Origin: Eledone cirrhosa
Lineage: Eukaryota
NCBI GenBank assembly: GCA_964016885.1
Contig: OZ024756.1
Span: 26,288,001 to 26,352,000, forward strand
Length of the DNA stretch: 64,000 nt
Direction of reading: 5' to 3'
The notes under the pieces were generated by a model, which made no database searches, was not told the DNA's origin, and worked only from the letters and a program-made list of their open reading frames with translations. Shown here in pieces: positions 40,680-54,092 of this stretch. How positions within the stretch are numbered: position 1 is the first letter of the stretch; every line of letters starts with the position of its first letter. A program made the position numbers and the translations under genes.

Positions 40680-40980
40680 GAAAATAGCACAGTTCCCATG
40701 ACTTTCGGAAACATTTTTTCACGCTCAGAGTTGCTGAAGCATGGAACAAACTACCTGCATCAGTTATTAGCTGTCGAAACACTGCATTCTTTAAAACCTC
40801 CATGCTTCCTGAGATTCGCCAACACTACACCTAATATTCCCTCTCCATACACATACACACATGTATATCATGACTCATACACTATTCACTTCCCTGACAT
40901 TTGTATATTATTCTATGTACTATACATGCATCTTTGACGAGTTGTAGTACACCTGAGCACTTTACACAAAAATTTCATTA
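40680..40980 (+). mobile_element. CR1/L2-like LINE 3' end
   Basis: HFFTLRVAEAWNKLPASV motif. Confidence 0.6.
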
Positions 40981-41136
40981 TATTACAAGCAACAACAGCT
41001 GTTCGACATAATTCCACAAGTCAGTAATGTACAGACACTGGACGAATGGGTGCAGAACGGTTTCGTCGCTCAGCGTCCATCTCGGGCAGGTCCGTCTGAC
41101 AGCCCTTCCGTGCCTGTAAAGTTTATCTCGAACGTT

Positions 41137-41650
41137 TTATCTATTAACCGAGGTCCATCGTGAAGTATGGCCTCTTTTTGGCTGCTGCAGCAGTGAAAGA
41201 GTTCTTGTTGGTACCCATGTTGCTGTTACAGGTTCTGTTGCTGGTAACACTGTTGTTGGTGATGTTGATGTCGTCGTTGCAGCTGGTGTTGTTCTTGGTG
41301 CAGTTGTTGCAGCTGGTGTTGTTCTTGGTGCAGTTGTGACAGTTGGTGTTGTTATTGGTGCAGTTGTTGTTTTCATTGTTGCAGTTGTTGTTGTCGTCGT
41401 TGCAGCTGGTGTTGTTCTCGGTGCAGTTGTTGCAGCTGGTGTTGTTCTTGGTGCAGTTGTGACAGTTGGTGTTGTTCTTGGTGCAGTTGTTGTTTTCATT
41501 GTTGCAGTTGTTGTTGTCGTCGTTGCAGCTGGTGTTGTTCTTGGTGCAGTTGTTGCAGTTGGTGTTGTTGCTGTTCATGTCGTTTGTGGTGCTGTTGAGA
41601 AATTTGTTGTTGGATGTTGTGTTTGTAATTACTTTTTGTTGGTCCATAAT
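41137..41650 (-). other. Low-complexity Asn/Thr-rich ORF with unique tail (...[18 protein letters not shown])
   Basis: ORF track; paralogous to 42075-43140 in inverted orientation; function unknown. Confidence 0.35.
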
Positions 41651-42074
41651 TATGCTTGTTATTGTGTCCCCCCCCTCTCAACTTTTAAGTCAATATCACA
41701 AGACAGCAGACTTAGTATTAGGGGGCGTTCTCGTCCATTTTTTTAAAAATAAGCAAAAAATATACAAAGTTCAAACATTTGAGCCAAAAGGCCCAAATTA
41801 GCAGTATCGGTAGAGAGTCGGACACCATGCTTTGTAGCACAGTTACGTCCCTTTATGATCTGAGTTCAAATCCCGCCGAGGTTAACTTTGCCTTTCATCC
41901 TTACGGGGTCGATAAAATAAAGTACCAGTAATGCACTGGGTAATTGCTGGCCTTGTGCCAAAAGTAGAAACAATTATAAAGTCTCCCATTCACAGGACAC
42001 AGACGGAAGTTTTACGACCCTTTTCAAAAAGAATGTTACAATTAATACGAATGAAAAGTTTAGAAAATCTACTA

Positions 42075-43140
42075 AGGACAAACACCAACTGCAACAGCGA
42101 CAACAACAACAACTGCACCAAGAACAAAAACACCAACTGCAACAGCGACAACAACAACAACTGCACCAAGAACAAAAACACCAACTGCAACAGCGACAAC
42201 AACAACAACAACTGCACCAAGAACAAACACCAACTGCAACAGCGACACAACAACAACTGCACCAAGAACAAAAACACCAACTGCAACAGCGACAACAACA
42301 ACAACAACTGCACCAAGAACAAAAACACCAACTGCAACAGCGACAACAACAACAACAACTGCACCAAGAACAAAAACACCAACTGCAACAGCGACAACAA
42401 CAACTGCACCAAGAACAAACACCAACTGCAACAGCGACACAACAACAACAACAACTGCACCAAGAACAAACACCAACTGCAACAGCGACACAACAACAAC
42501 AACAACTGTACCAAGAACAAACACCAACTGCAACAGCGACAACAACAACAACAACTGTACCAAGAACAAAAACACCAACTGCAACAGCGACAACAACAAC
42601 TGCACCAAGAACAAAAACACCAACTGCAACAGCGACAACAACAACAACTGTACCAAGAACAAACACCAACTGCAACAGCGACAACAACAACAACTGCACC
42701 AAGAACAAACACCAACTGCAACAGCGACAACAACAACAACTGTACCAAGAACAAACACCAACTGCAACAGCGACAACAACAACAACTGCACCAAGAACAA
42801 AACACCAACTGCAACAGCGACAACAACAACAACAACTGCACCAAGAACAAAAACACCAACTGCAACAGCGACAACAACAACAACAACTGCACCAAGAACA
42901 AAACACCAACTGCAACAGCGACAACAACAACAATAACAACAACAACCAAGAACAACGCCAAATGCAACAGTGACAACACCAACAACAACTGCACCAACAA
43001 CAGTGGGACCAGCAACAGAACCTGTAACAACAACACGGGGAACAACAAGAACTCTTTCACTGCTGCAGCAGCCAAAAAGAGGCCATGCTTCAGCATGGAC
43101 CTTGCGGAGTTCACAATAACCCGCCTTCACACTCTGACAG
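42075..43140 (+). repeat. ~36-42-bp CAA-rich minisatellite with unique tail paralogous to 41137-41280
   Basis: Unit CACCAACTGCAACAGCGA(CAA)nCTGCACCAAGAACAAAAA. Confidence 0.85.
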
Positions 43141-43182
43141 CCAATACTACTACTACTACTACTATTACTACTACTACTAATA

Positions 43183-43371
43183 ATAATTGTTTCTACTTTA
43201 GGCACAAGGCCAGCAATTACCCAGTGCGTTACTGGTACTTTATTTTATCGACCCCGTAAGGATGAAAGGCAAAGTCAACCTCGGCGGGATTTGAACTCAG
43301 ATCGTAAAGGGACGTAACTATGCTGGAAAGCATGGCGTCCGACCCTCTACCGATACTGCCAATCCACCGCC
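43183..43371 (-). mobile_element. SINE family A
   Basis: Nearly identical to 8093-8280. Confidence 0.85.
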
Positions 43372-43404
43372 TACTAATAATAATAATAGAAGAATGTATG
43401 TGAA

Positions 43405-43520
43405 GTGAACACTTCCGAAAATATTCAGTAAAATGAGTTAAATTATCAACAAACGGAAGTCCTGAAATAAAATGGGTCAAAGATAGAACCGGAAGTTAAA
43501 AATAAAACATGGCCACTTCA
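43405..43520. promoter_or_regulatory. Possible promoter: ETS-like and YY1-like motif cluster
   Basis: ACTTCCG, ACGGAAGT, ACCGGAAGT and AACATGGCC within ~110 bp; motif evidence only. Confidence 0.3.
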
Positions 43521-44446
43521 CCTAAATATTGTCGAACAGCATTAGTGTGTGTGTGTGTATGTGTGTGTGCGTGTGCATTTATGTACACACATATATATAA
43601 TCTTACGGATGACGCACAATTGTAAGGCTTAAGGAATGCATGTTTAAAAAATAATATTTAAGTAGTTTGGACGGTGGTGGTGGTGGGGGTGGGGAGGGGG
43701 TGGGGGTGTGAAAACTGAACTTTGAAGTCCTACTCCACCCCTTCACATCTCTCCCTAGACTGCTCACACGCTCTCATTATTGCTATTGTTGTTTAACCAC
43801 AGGTCATCTGTGGTCCAGTAAACCACCTATGTTTACCTCTGTCATTACCAGATTTCTAATGAAAAGCACTGCCTATGTTTTTCATGCTTTTGTGGTCTTG
43901 CCCGCGGGGCGCATCCCCTTTACCGCTGCGTCCTAGGCCCAGAGCCCAATCATCCTCACTCTCCACCTCTCAATTCTTCTGTGACACTAGAGTCCTTGCC
44001 ATTCCCGCCCTTTTTCATTTTTTTCTTTTTTTTCTCTTTTTTCTTTATATTTTCCTATTTTACACTCCATTCTTCTCAATCAATCTTTTTTTTCTTTTGC
44101 TATTAAACTGTATTTACATGATATATTCCACAAAGAAAATTAACTCCAATTTTGAAAATAATCAAGAATTTGAGATTTAGTGATATTACCAACTTTCTCT
44201 TTATTAAGCTGTGTTTGGGACATAACATAACAAAGTTACTTACATGAAAGTATAATGGAATATTTATAGATAAATATAAACACTTTAAAATAAACAATGT
44301 TGTGCCATGAACTATTTCAGGCGGTTTGATATAAAAAGTTAAAGGGTATTCCAACCATGAGCATCCCTACTTTTTCCTCTGTGTAGAGAATGGCACACGA
44401 TCCAAACTCACATGCTCCTGGGTTCTCTTTGCTCCGATGATAGGGG

Positions 44447-44510
<64 letters not shown>

Positions 44511-44591
44511 TTCAAAATGGATTTGGGTATTATTTTTAGCAGGTCAACCAACCACGTAGACAATCCTCGGGATGGACAGTCAGGTGGTGAC

Positions 44592-44643
<52 letters not shown>

Positions 44644-45597
44644 ACACACACGTATATATATATATATATATATATATAATCATATTACCCGTCAAACATG
44701 ACGGGGATTATAGTAAAAACATAGAAATTTGTGTTTTGTGGTTATTATTGTTGTTCTTGTCCGAAGATTGATACATTGGTAAGTATACATAGCTATAAAT
44801 AAACATATATACATGTGTGTGTGTGTGTGTGTGTGTAAACAGTTATGTAGATAGATAGATTGATAAAGGGATAGTCAAATCGACAAACGAATCCATCGAT
44901 CGACAGACAGACAGATCGATCGAACGATAGATAAACAAACATATAGATGTATGTGTAAGTGAGGCGATGAAAGTATTTTTTTCTTTTTATCTTGGAAGAT
45001 ATAAAATATCTTTAGCCAATTCCATTGCCAAAGCATGTCTTGTGTTGCAAGTAAATATCTTGTTAAGATAGCGACAAATTGGAGCCAGCATTTGTGAATG
45101 GAGGATGCTGGGAAACTTTACAACTACAACCACAACAACAGTTAAATAAACACCTAAAAGAACAACAACTACAACAACTACAAACAAACACACATACATA
45201 CATGTATACATACATACATACAGACAGAGAGACCGAGAGACAGAGAGAGAAATAGATATATTTCTTTATTAGCCACAGGGGCACAAAAGAAGGGGACAAA
45301 TACAAAGGGGGAAGTTTACATACAATAAAAACGTGTAAAATGTTATCACAGATGGAATTTAAAAGTTAGTCGATTTTCCCCAATAGAGGGAGACAGTTTA
45401 TATGGGTAACACAGACCCCCGAAAAAAATGTGCAACCCTCATCTCCAGGAGTACGAAGAGCTTGTACTCCTTTCCTCTCCTCCTCCTTTTCCTCAACCTA
45501 CAGGCTGATATAGAGAGAAGGCCCATTCACTCGGGCCATTCTCGCCACTTTCACCCACCTTTCATAAAACTTGCTGGGGTACAGCACCTCTCTCTCC

Positions 45598-45641
<44 letters not shown>

Positions 45642-46599
45642 ATAGATGTAAGAGGTCAGCTGGTGACTGTCTAAGTTACTAAAAATAGCATTTAGGGTGG
45701 TGTACGTTAGACTAGAATAGTTTTGTAACTCCAATATCGACCAACTTCCTGTCTCCAGAATTCCACCATATATCACGTGATATAGCCACACCCAGTCGTC
45801 GGAAAGTTACAGACGATTTCAGCTGATGACTTTATACGCGCTCTCTCTCTCTTTCTCACTTTCTCTCTCTGTTCTCCCTGTATGTCTCTATTCATTCGCA
45901 TCCCCTTTCTCTTGTTTGCTCTCTTATCAGATAAAGAAAAAGGAATAGTTATTTTGTATAACTACCACATAGAATTTTTATGATAGATAGATTGATAGAT
46001 AGATAAAGATAGTTAGATAGGCAAACAGATAGATATGTTTCTTTATTAGCCACAGGGGCACAAAAGAAGGGGGAAGTTTACATACAATAGAGAGAGGAAT
46101 ACACGGACAGACAAATAGATAGTCATTACTAAATAATTGTTTCTTATCTATAGGCACAAGGCCAGCAATTTTGGGGAAGGGGAAAGTCGATTAAATCGAC
46201 CCCAGTACTTTATTTTATCGACCCGTAAGGATGAAAGGCAAAATTAACCTCGGCGGGATTTGAAGTCAGATCATAAAGGGCCGTAACTCTATGCTGAAAA
46301 GCATGGCGTCCGACGCTCTACCGATATTGCCAATCCACAGCCCTGTCATTACTAAATAATAAAATGTTTAGATTGTTTGGTTAGTAAATGGATAGATAGA
46401 TAAATAGATAGCTAGCTAGATAGATGAGTACTTATGTGACCTAGTGAAACGTAATATACGTATTCAGTCTTCCATATAATCTCACATAATATATCTAGTT
46501 TAACATAGTAGCATAGTAGATAAACCTGTCTAACATAGTATTTTTCTAATTGGAACTGGTCTAATATAGTACCTAGTCTAACAGAGTTTAAGTCTTATC

Positions 46600-46916
46600 T
46601 AATTTCTGTGAAATATCAAGAATTTACCTTATTCTTTTCAATATGGCAGGGTGGGTTGGTGACAATACCATGTGTTGTCTGTTAATGTTGTTTCACTAAG
46701 AAATCTGGCGAGAATTGGACGTTAGCTAGCTAGCCAATGGGATTGCGTGTTTGAAATGTAAAATTTATTGGTTTTGTGTTTTTGTTGGTTAAACAAATCA
46801 ATGTTGATTTCAATTTCCTTCTTTCTGAAAACAAGTCTGTCTCTTTTATATTTGAATATGTAATTAGATGTGGAACATTGAATAGACTACTATCACGTGT
46901 TCCCTAATGCCAGTAC
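46600..46916. repeat. ~310-bp segment repeated in inverted orientation at 56266-56570
   Basis: Shared blocks such as GGACGTTAGCTAGCTAGCCAATGGGATTGCGTGTTTGAAATGTAAA. Confidence 0.88.
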
Positions 46917-47579
46917 CCCCCCCCCCCCCCTCCACCCCACACACACCTATATGTAGTAAGAGACCGATAAATTTCTTTTTAAACGCCGGTACTACAATAC
47001 AGTAGAAAAATACGAAAGGCAAATGACAAATAAAACAAAACAAAGTAATGTTTTCCCCAGTGTATTTTAGCATAATATTTCGTGGCTAATACACTCTTTT
47101 CAGATGCGAAGCTGAAAGAGTCCAATACAATACAAACAAACGATCAGAGTTTTCAGAGTTTTCTTCCGTAACTGGTTTATGTGTTTGAATAACGTACTCG
47201 CATTTGCGGGGTCGCAACAGTAACTATTCTACCTCGTTCAACCAAGACATTGAAGTCCCCATAGAGGTGACTGAGAGGAATAATGGAAATTTAAGGAATA
47301 AGGAAGCCACTTTCATCAGCTGAATAAAACTAGGGATAAATAATAGGTCAGAAATGCACGAGGCAGAATGGTTACTGTAGCGACGCTGAGCATAATATAT
47401 ATATATATATATATATATATAGTAATAATAATAAATGTGAAGACTAAAATCCGAAGAGGGCTCGATAAGGATAATATATATATATAAAATATATAAACCC
47501 GTAGAGCAAATATTTATTAAAATAACAAATTAAAGTTTAAGCAAAGAATCGCTGCTTTCACCCTTAACGGGATATGTGC

Positions 47580-47623
<44 letters not shown>

Positions 47624-47782
47624 GCACATATACATACATATATGCATGCACACATACTTATTCAAGCGTCTGTGGAATGCTCGGCCACTTACTCTTGCGA
47701 GATGGCCTGTACCTGTAACATTCACGAGTTTAACCTTGCCACACACTATGTTACGCTAAAAGTTACTGAGAATTTGCATGAA

Positions 47783-47991
47783 CCCTTTAGCATTTAAACC
47801 GGCCGTATCCAGCCAGAATTCCTTCCAACTCTTTCTGTTCAAACGGGCCATAACCGGCTGCTCATACTTATGTTATGGCATTGTTCTCAAAATAAATAAT
47901 ATAAAAATCTCGTAGATTCGATATTAAGTGAGATAAAGTGTTTACCGTGAAAATACAATAGTAAATATAGAGTAATGTAAATGCTAAAGGG
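47783..47991. mobile_element. piggyBac-like MITE
   Basis: TIR CCCTTTAGCATTTA at both ends; TTAA sites decayed. Confidence 0.75.
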
Positions 47992-48506
47992 TTAGAGGTA
48001 CACGTGTCTATGGAGCACTCAGTCACATACACGTTAGTTTCATGAAGATGTAGCGCTGATCGACCAACTGGAACACTCATCCTCAAAACCGACGGAGGTC
48101 CATTCCGATTCCTACCTTCCATAATGACCCTCATTCTATCTGGCGACGTGGACATAGAAAAGTGAATGCTGGTCTTAATTACACGGAGAATGGAGTAAAT
48201 TCTCTATGTATGTATGTATGTATGTATGTATGTATGTATGTATGTATGTATGTATGTATGTATGTATGTATGTATGTCTGTATGTATGTATGTATGTATG
48301 TATGTATGTATGTATGCCTGTATGTATGTATGTATGTATGCCTGTATGTATGTATGTATGCCTGTATGTATGTATGTGTGCCTGTATGTATGTATGTGTG
48401 CCTTGGCCATTTTTCGCTCCAATTAGACCATTTGTTTAGCATTGTTTCATACGTCCATGTTGTTCTACAAGGGGATGGAACTTTTAAAATATATGCCATT
48501 ACTTAC

Positions 48507-48586
<80 letters not shown>

Positions 48587-49876
48587 TGTGTGTGTGTGGT
48601 CAGAACAATCGCCTTAAACCAAACAAGTGTGTAGACGGATCTCCGTCAGTTCTCATGATGAGTATTTCAGTTGATACCATGAACAGAACAGTTTGTTCGT
48701 GAAATTAGCGTAGAAAAGGCTGATTATTCCACAAACACGTGTACCCTTAACGTAATTCTCAGGAAAATTCAGCGTGACACAGTGTATGACATCTCTGGCC
48801 CTTTGGATTACCCAAGTACACTCCACCCGACGGGCTTCTAAGCAGTTTCCGTCTACCCAATTTCAATCATAAGGCATGGGTCGACTCATGGTTATCGTAA
48901 ATGGCACTTGCCAAAAATATCACGCTGGAGGATTGAACCAACGTTTACGGAACGAACTCATTAACTGTTTGCCGATGCTACTACGCCTACTTCCAAACCA
49001 CAATATTTGTTTCCACATACAATTTCACATTAAGAATCTAGCAAAACAAATAAATACAAAGACGAAATATTAGAGACTAGATGACTCAAACAATTTCAAA
49101 CTTTACAATATAATTATGGTGACAGCATTCACTATACAGTTTTGGTTGCGAAAAAGAAAAAAAAATTAGTATTTAATTTTTTCATTAAACCTGAATACAA
49201 CAACAGATTTAATTAGAATAAACAAGAAATTAACCATGTTAAAAAAAATTACAAATTAAGAAATTCCAATGATATAACATTTTGTTTTTAAATCAACAGT
49301 GATACACACACACACAGACATACATACGCACACACCCACGCGCACACACACACGCACACATACACATATACACACACACGCATGTGTGTATTGGAGGGTG
49401 TAAATCTGTTTCTTAGTTACAAATTGTCGTTTATTTATGAATGTAATTCATTTACAGACACGCACACGAACATGCACACTTACATGCATATACATACACA
49501 CACGCGCACATGCACATACATACGCATACACACACACACTTATATATATATATACACTAAGAACAACCGATGAAGTTTCGTTTACATGTATTTATGTATT
49601 TATTAAGTATCAACTTGTTCCGCGCGTTTCGCAGACAGTTGGCTTTCCTAACTTCCTTGAGCCAATCATCTGCGAAACACACGTAACAAGTCGATACTAG
49701 ATAAAAATATAAATATAGGCCATTTCGACAGCTAGATCCGAACAGTTTAACTGTTGAATCGGCTGGAGCTCAGCCGTCGGGGTCTTGAATCTCTTCATAT
49801 TACCCACCCTGCTACCCCAAATATCGAGTACTCTGGTGAGTTATGGTCCACCTAGTATTTTACCACACCCTATCTG

Positions 49877-49909
<33 letters not shown>

Positions 49910-49990
49910 ATATATATTATATATATTATATATATTATCCTTGTCCTTGTCGAGCCGTCTTCGGATTTTAGTCTTTACATTTATTATTAT

Positions 49991-50039
<49 letters not shown>

Positions 50040-50173
50040 TATTGAATTTGGATTTTAAAATCCAAATTCAATAAACAGACCAGGATTTTTTCATTCTGAG
50101 GATTGAAAGCAAAATCTTTTGCTTTTAAGAAACCACTGGTAAATGGAATAATTGCCTTATGTTGTTTATTACA

Positions 50174-50269
<96 letters not shown>

Positions 50270-50304
50270 TATATACATACACACATATATATATACATAC
50301 TCAG

Positions 50305-50385
<81 letters not shown>

Positions 50386-50662
50386 TACAAAGATATAGAG
50401 AACGATTCGCCTATGCAATAAATATGCAAGTTATGCTGTAAACAACTTTATCATAAAACTAAATATCTCAGACTCCACAGAACGAGACAACACAATACAT
50501 ACCACTCACACGGAAACATTCATACAGGCACACACATACATACTAACATACTAACATACTAGAGAAGACCTGTTAAAGACATCATGGACACAACAGAACG
50601 AGACTTTAATATCGAGTACCAAGTTAAATAATGGTCACACTAGTTATTTCACTAGTACCACC

Positions 50663-50699
<37 letters not shown>

Positions 50700-50726
50700 T
50701 CTCTCGCTCTCTGTGTATATATATAA

Positions 50727-50778
<52 letters not shown>

Positions 50779-50786
<8 letters not shown>

Positions 50787-51300
50787 ATACTTTGGGAGGG
50801 TCATGTTGCCAATAAGAAACACACGCACCAGTTGCTTTCACTTCAATTTAATTTATTAAATATTTATAAATTTACAAATTTATAAATTTCTGGTTGGTTG
50901 GTTGGTTCCACAACCAGATAGTTGTTTATATATATATAGTCATAGTTCTTTCGTCACACACTCTGTGACCTCTTCAGTGACTGGGGATTTCTTTCTTCGT
51001 TTCTGTGCCTTTCCTTTCTTCTATCCTACGCCATTTTTTTCAAAATGGCGTAGGATAGAAGAAAGGAAAGGCACAGAAACGAAGAATGAAATCCCCAGTC
51101 ACTGAAGAGGTCACAGAGTGTGTGACGAAAGAACTATGACTATATATATATAAACAACTATCTGGTTGTGGAACCAACCAACCAACCAGAAATTTATAAA
51201 TTTGTAAATTTATAAATATTTAATAAATTAAATTGAAGTGAAAGCAACTGGTGCGTGTGTTTCTTATTGGCAACATGACCCTCCCAAAGTATAACAATAT
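50779..51300. repeat. 259-bp-arm fold-back inverted repeat with a hammerhead motif in each arm
   Basis: Arms 50779-51037 and 51042-51300, loop TTTC, one mismatch seen. Confidence 0.93.
51097..51141 (+). ncRNA. Minimal type I hammerhead ribozyme (mirror copy at 50938-50982, -)
   Basis: AGTCA-CTGAAGA-G-GTCACA-gagtg-TGTGAC-GAAAG-aa-CTA-TGACT: perfect stems I and II, 2-bp stem III, CUA triplet. Confidence 0.7.
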
Positions 51301-51352
51301 CGGTTTCAACACACGATTTCAGATAAAGAATCTTGCTAAACAAATTCAGAAA

Positions 51353-51420
<68 letters not shown>

Positions 51421-51498
51421 CGAAAGAGTTGTGGTAAGGAACTCTTTTAGTCCAGAAATAGCCGTCGAAACGGCTTGAGCTCCGCCGTCGGGGTCTTA

Positions 51499-51545
<47 letters not shown>

Positions 51546-51567
51546 CTCTGTGTATATATATAAATAA

Positions 51568-51651
<84 letters not shown>

Positions 51652-51727
51652 CGAAAGAGTTGTGGTAAGGAACTCTTTTAGTCCAGAAATAACCGTCGAA
51701 ACGGCTTGAGCTCCGCCGTCGGGGTCT

Positions 51728-51823
<96 letters not shown>

Positions 51824-51992
51824 CAAAGAAGGTGTGGTAAGATACCAGGTGGACCATAACGCACCAGAGTACTCAATACTTAGGGTAGTAGAGTGGGTAA
51901 TAGGAAAAGAGTCAGGACCCCGACGGCTGAGCTCCGGTTGGATCTAGCTGTCGAAACGGCCGGAGCTCAGCCGTCGGGGTCTTCACTCTTTT

Positions 51993-52031
<39 letters not shown>

Positions 52032-52144
52032 AATAAAAGTTACGGGCGAAAGAGAGGAGTATCCGTCATCAGTTGTCTACTAGGAATCATAGGTATTTCT
52101 TCGCGTTAGAGACAATATACCTCAGCCTAGGGCGAAACAATAAC

Positions 52145-52543
52145 TACGAGGGCAATCCGAAAAGTAAGGTCTCCTTCCGATATTGCAACTTTTCCGTTAA
52201 AATCCTGTGGATGGTGCTTCGGGAAACCTCAGGAACCAAAATGCAGAGAGCATCCAGAGTGATCCGCCGATCTTTACGCATGTTTTCCTCGGAAGGAGAC
52301 CTTACTTTTGGGATTGCCCTCGTATATAATAACTGCGCGAAATTCGCACTTGGGCGGTAGCGTTCAACGGGAGCTCCATTCTCAACGGCTGCCAAGCCAG
52401 GATTGAGCATCCCAGCGAAGCGCGCGCATGCTTGTTTGGGAGTGAAGGAAGCACCAATCACAACAGTGTTGCCAACAGCCGTACGAACAGTTTCTCTGCG
52501 ACCCCATCGCTTTGGAGACCTTACTTTTGGGATTACCCTCGTA
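52145..52543 (-). mobile_element. Internally deleted mariner (Tc1/mariner) derivatives
   Basis: TA-flanked TIRs TACGAGGGCAATCCGAAAAGTAAGGTCTCC at 52145-52324, a third TIR ending at 52543, and transposase HTH remnant DRRITLDAL...VSRSTIHRILTEKLQYRK. Confidence 0.8.
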
Positions 52544-52854
52544 AAATAAGTTATTGGGAAAAAGAAGGGGGTGGGGGTGGGGGGGGGGGGGGAGAAAAAC
52601 ATGTAAACAAACACGAAGGGTGAAGCAACGTAAAGAGAGGAAAATTAGGAAAAATATCAAGTATATATACTTAAGTGATTAAATGTTTGAAAGTTTAAAT
52701 ACTCTTTGATTGCCATTTACATTGTATATCGGCTCTTCAGTGTACTTGTTATTTTACATCGAACTATTTTCATACTTGTAACTGGGTAATATTTATTATT
52801 ACCCACATTCTATATATATTTATATATAGCTATACTTACATATACACTTATATA

Positions 52855-52991
<137 letters not shown>

Positions 52992-52996
52992 TTTTA

Positions 52997-53033
<37 letters not shown>

Positions 53034-53194
53034 CGAAGGAAATGTGGTAAGGAACCAGATGGACCATAACGCACCAAAGTACTCAATATTTAGGGTAGTA
53101 GAGTGGGTAATAGGACCGAGTAGGACCCCGACGGCTGAGCTCCAGAATTAGCCGTCGAAACGGCTTGAGCTCAGCCGCCGGGGTCCTACTCGGT

Positions 53195-53243
<49 letters not shown>

Positions 53244-53426
53244 CGAAGGAATTGTGGTAAGGAACCAGATGGACCATAACGCACCAGAGTACTCAACACT
53301 TAGGGTAGTAGAGTGGGTAATAGGAAAAGGTATTACCCCTACGGCAGAGCTCAAGCCGTTTCGACGGCTATTTCAGAAATAGCCATCGAAACGGGTTGAG
53401 CTCTGCCGTCGGGGTTCATACCTTGT

Positions 53427-53471
<45 letters not shown>

Positions 53472-53636
53472 GATATTAAATAAATGGAAACTATATTTAT
53501 AAAACCATATTTATTTCATTATACATATTTCAGGGATACCATATTAAAATATGGCATGCCTTCGTATTTAATATCGTATATCTACTCCAAAAACTTGTCG
53601 AGTGCTTTATATCAGTTATAAAATATTTACTTGTTG

Positions 53637-53690
<54 letters not shown>

Positions 53691-54025
53691 TATATAATAT
53701 ATATATATATTATATATATTATACTATATATACATATGTGTGTGTGCAGACTGAAAGAGAACACATTGGTGTTCATGTGAACAAGTAGTTGAATATATCA
53801 TCTACCAACAACAACTTTAGAAAAACTAACAAAACCAAATATTTCCTGGTACTTAACCTTTTCATTAGAGAAGATTGTTGTGGCTTGATGGATTCTCTCT
53901 CTCGCTCTCTCTCTCTCTTTCTCTTTCCCTGTCTCATACACACACACACAAACTATCCCTCTCTCTCACTCTCTCTTACAAACACAGTCACACACACACA
54001 CACACAGACTCACACACACACACAC

Positions 54026-54092
<67 letters not shown>

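Noticed and set aside
44690-44790. Hydrophobic stretch before a GTAAGT donor, a possible signal-peptide exon
   Set aside because: No open frame from an ATG reaches the donor and no downstream exon was found.
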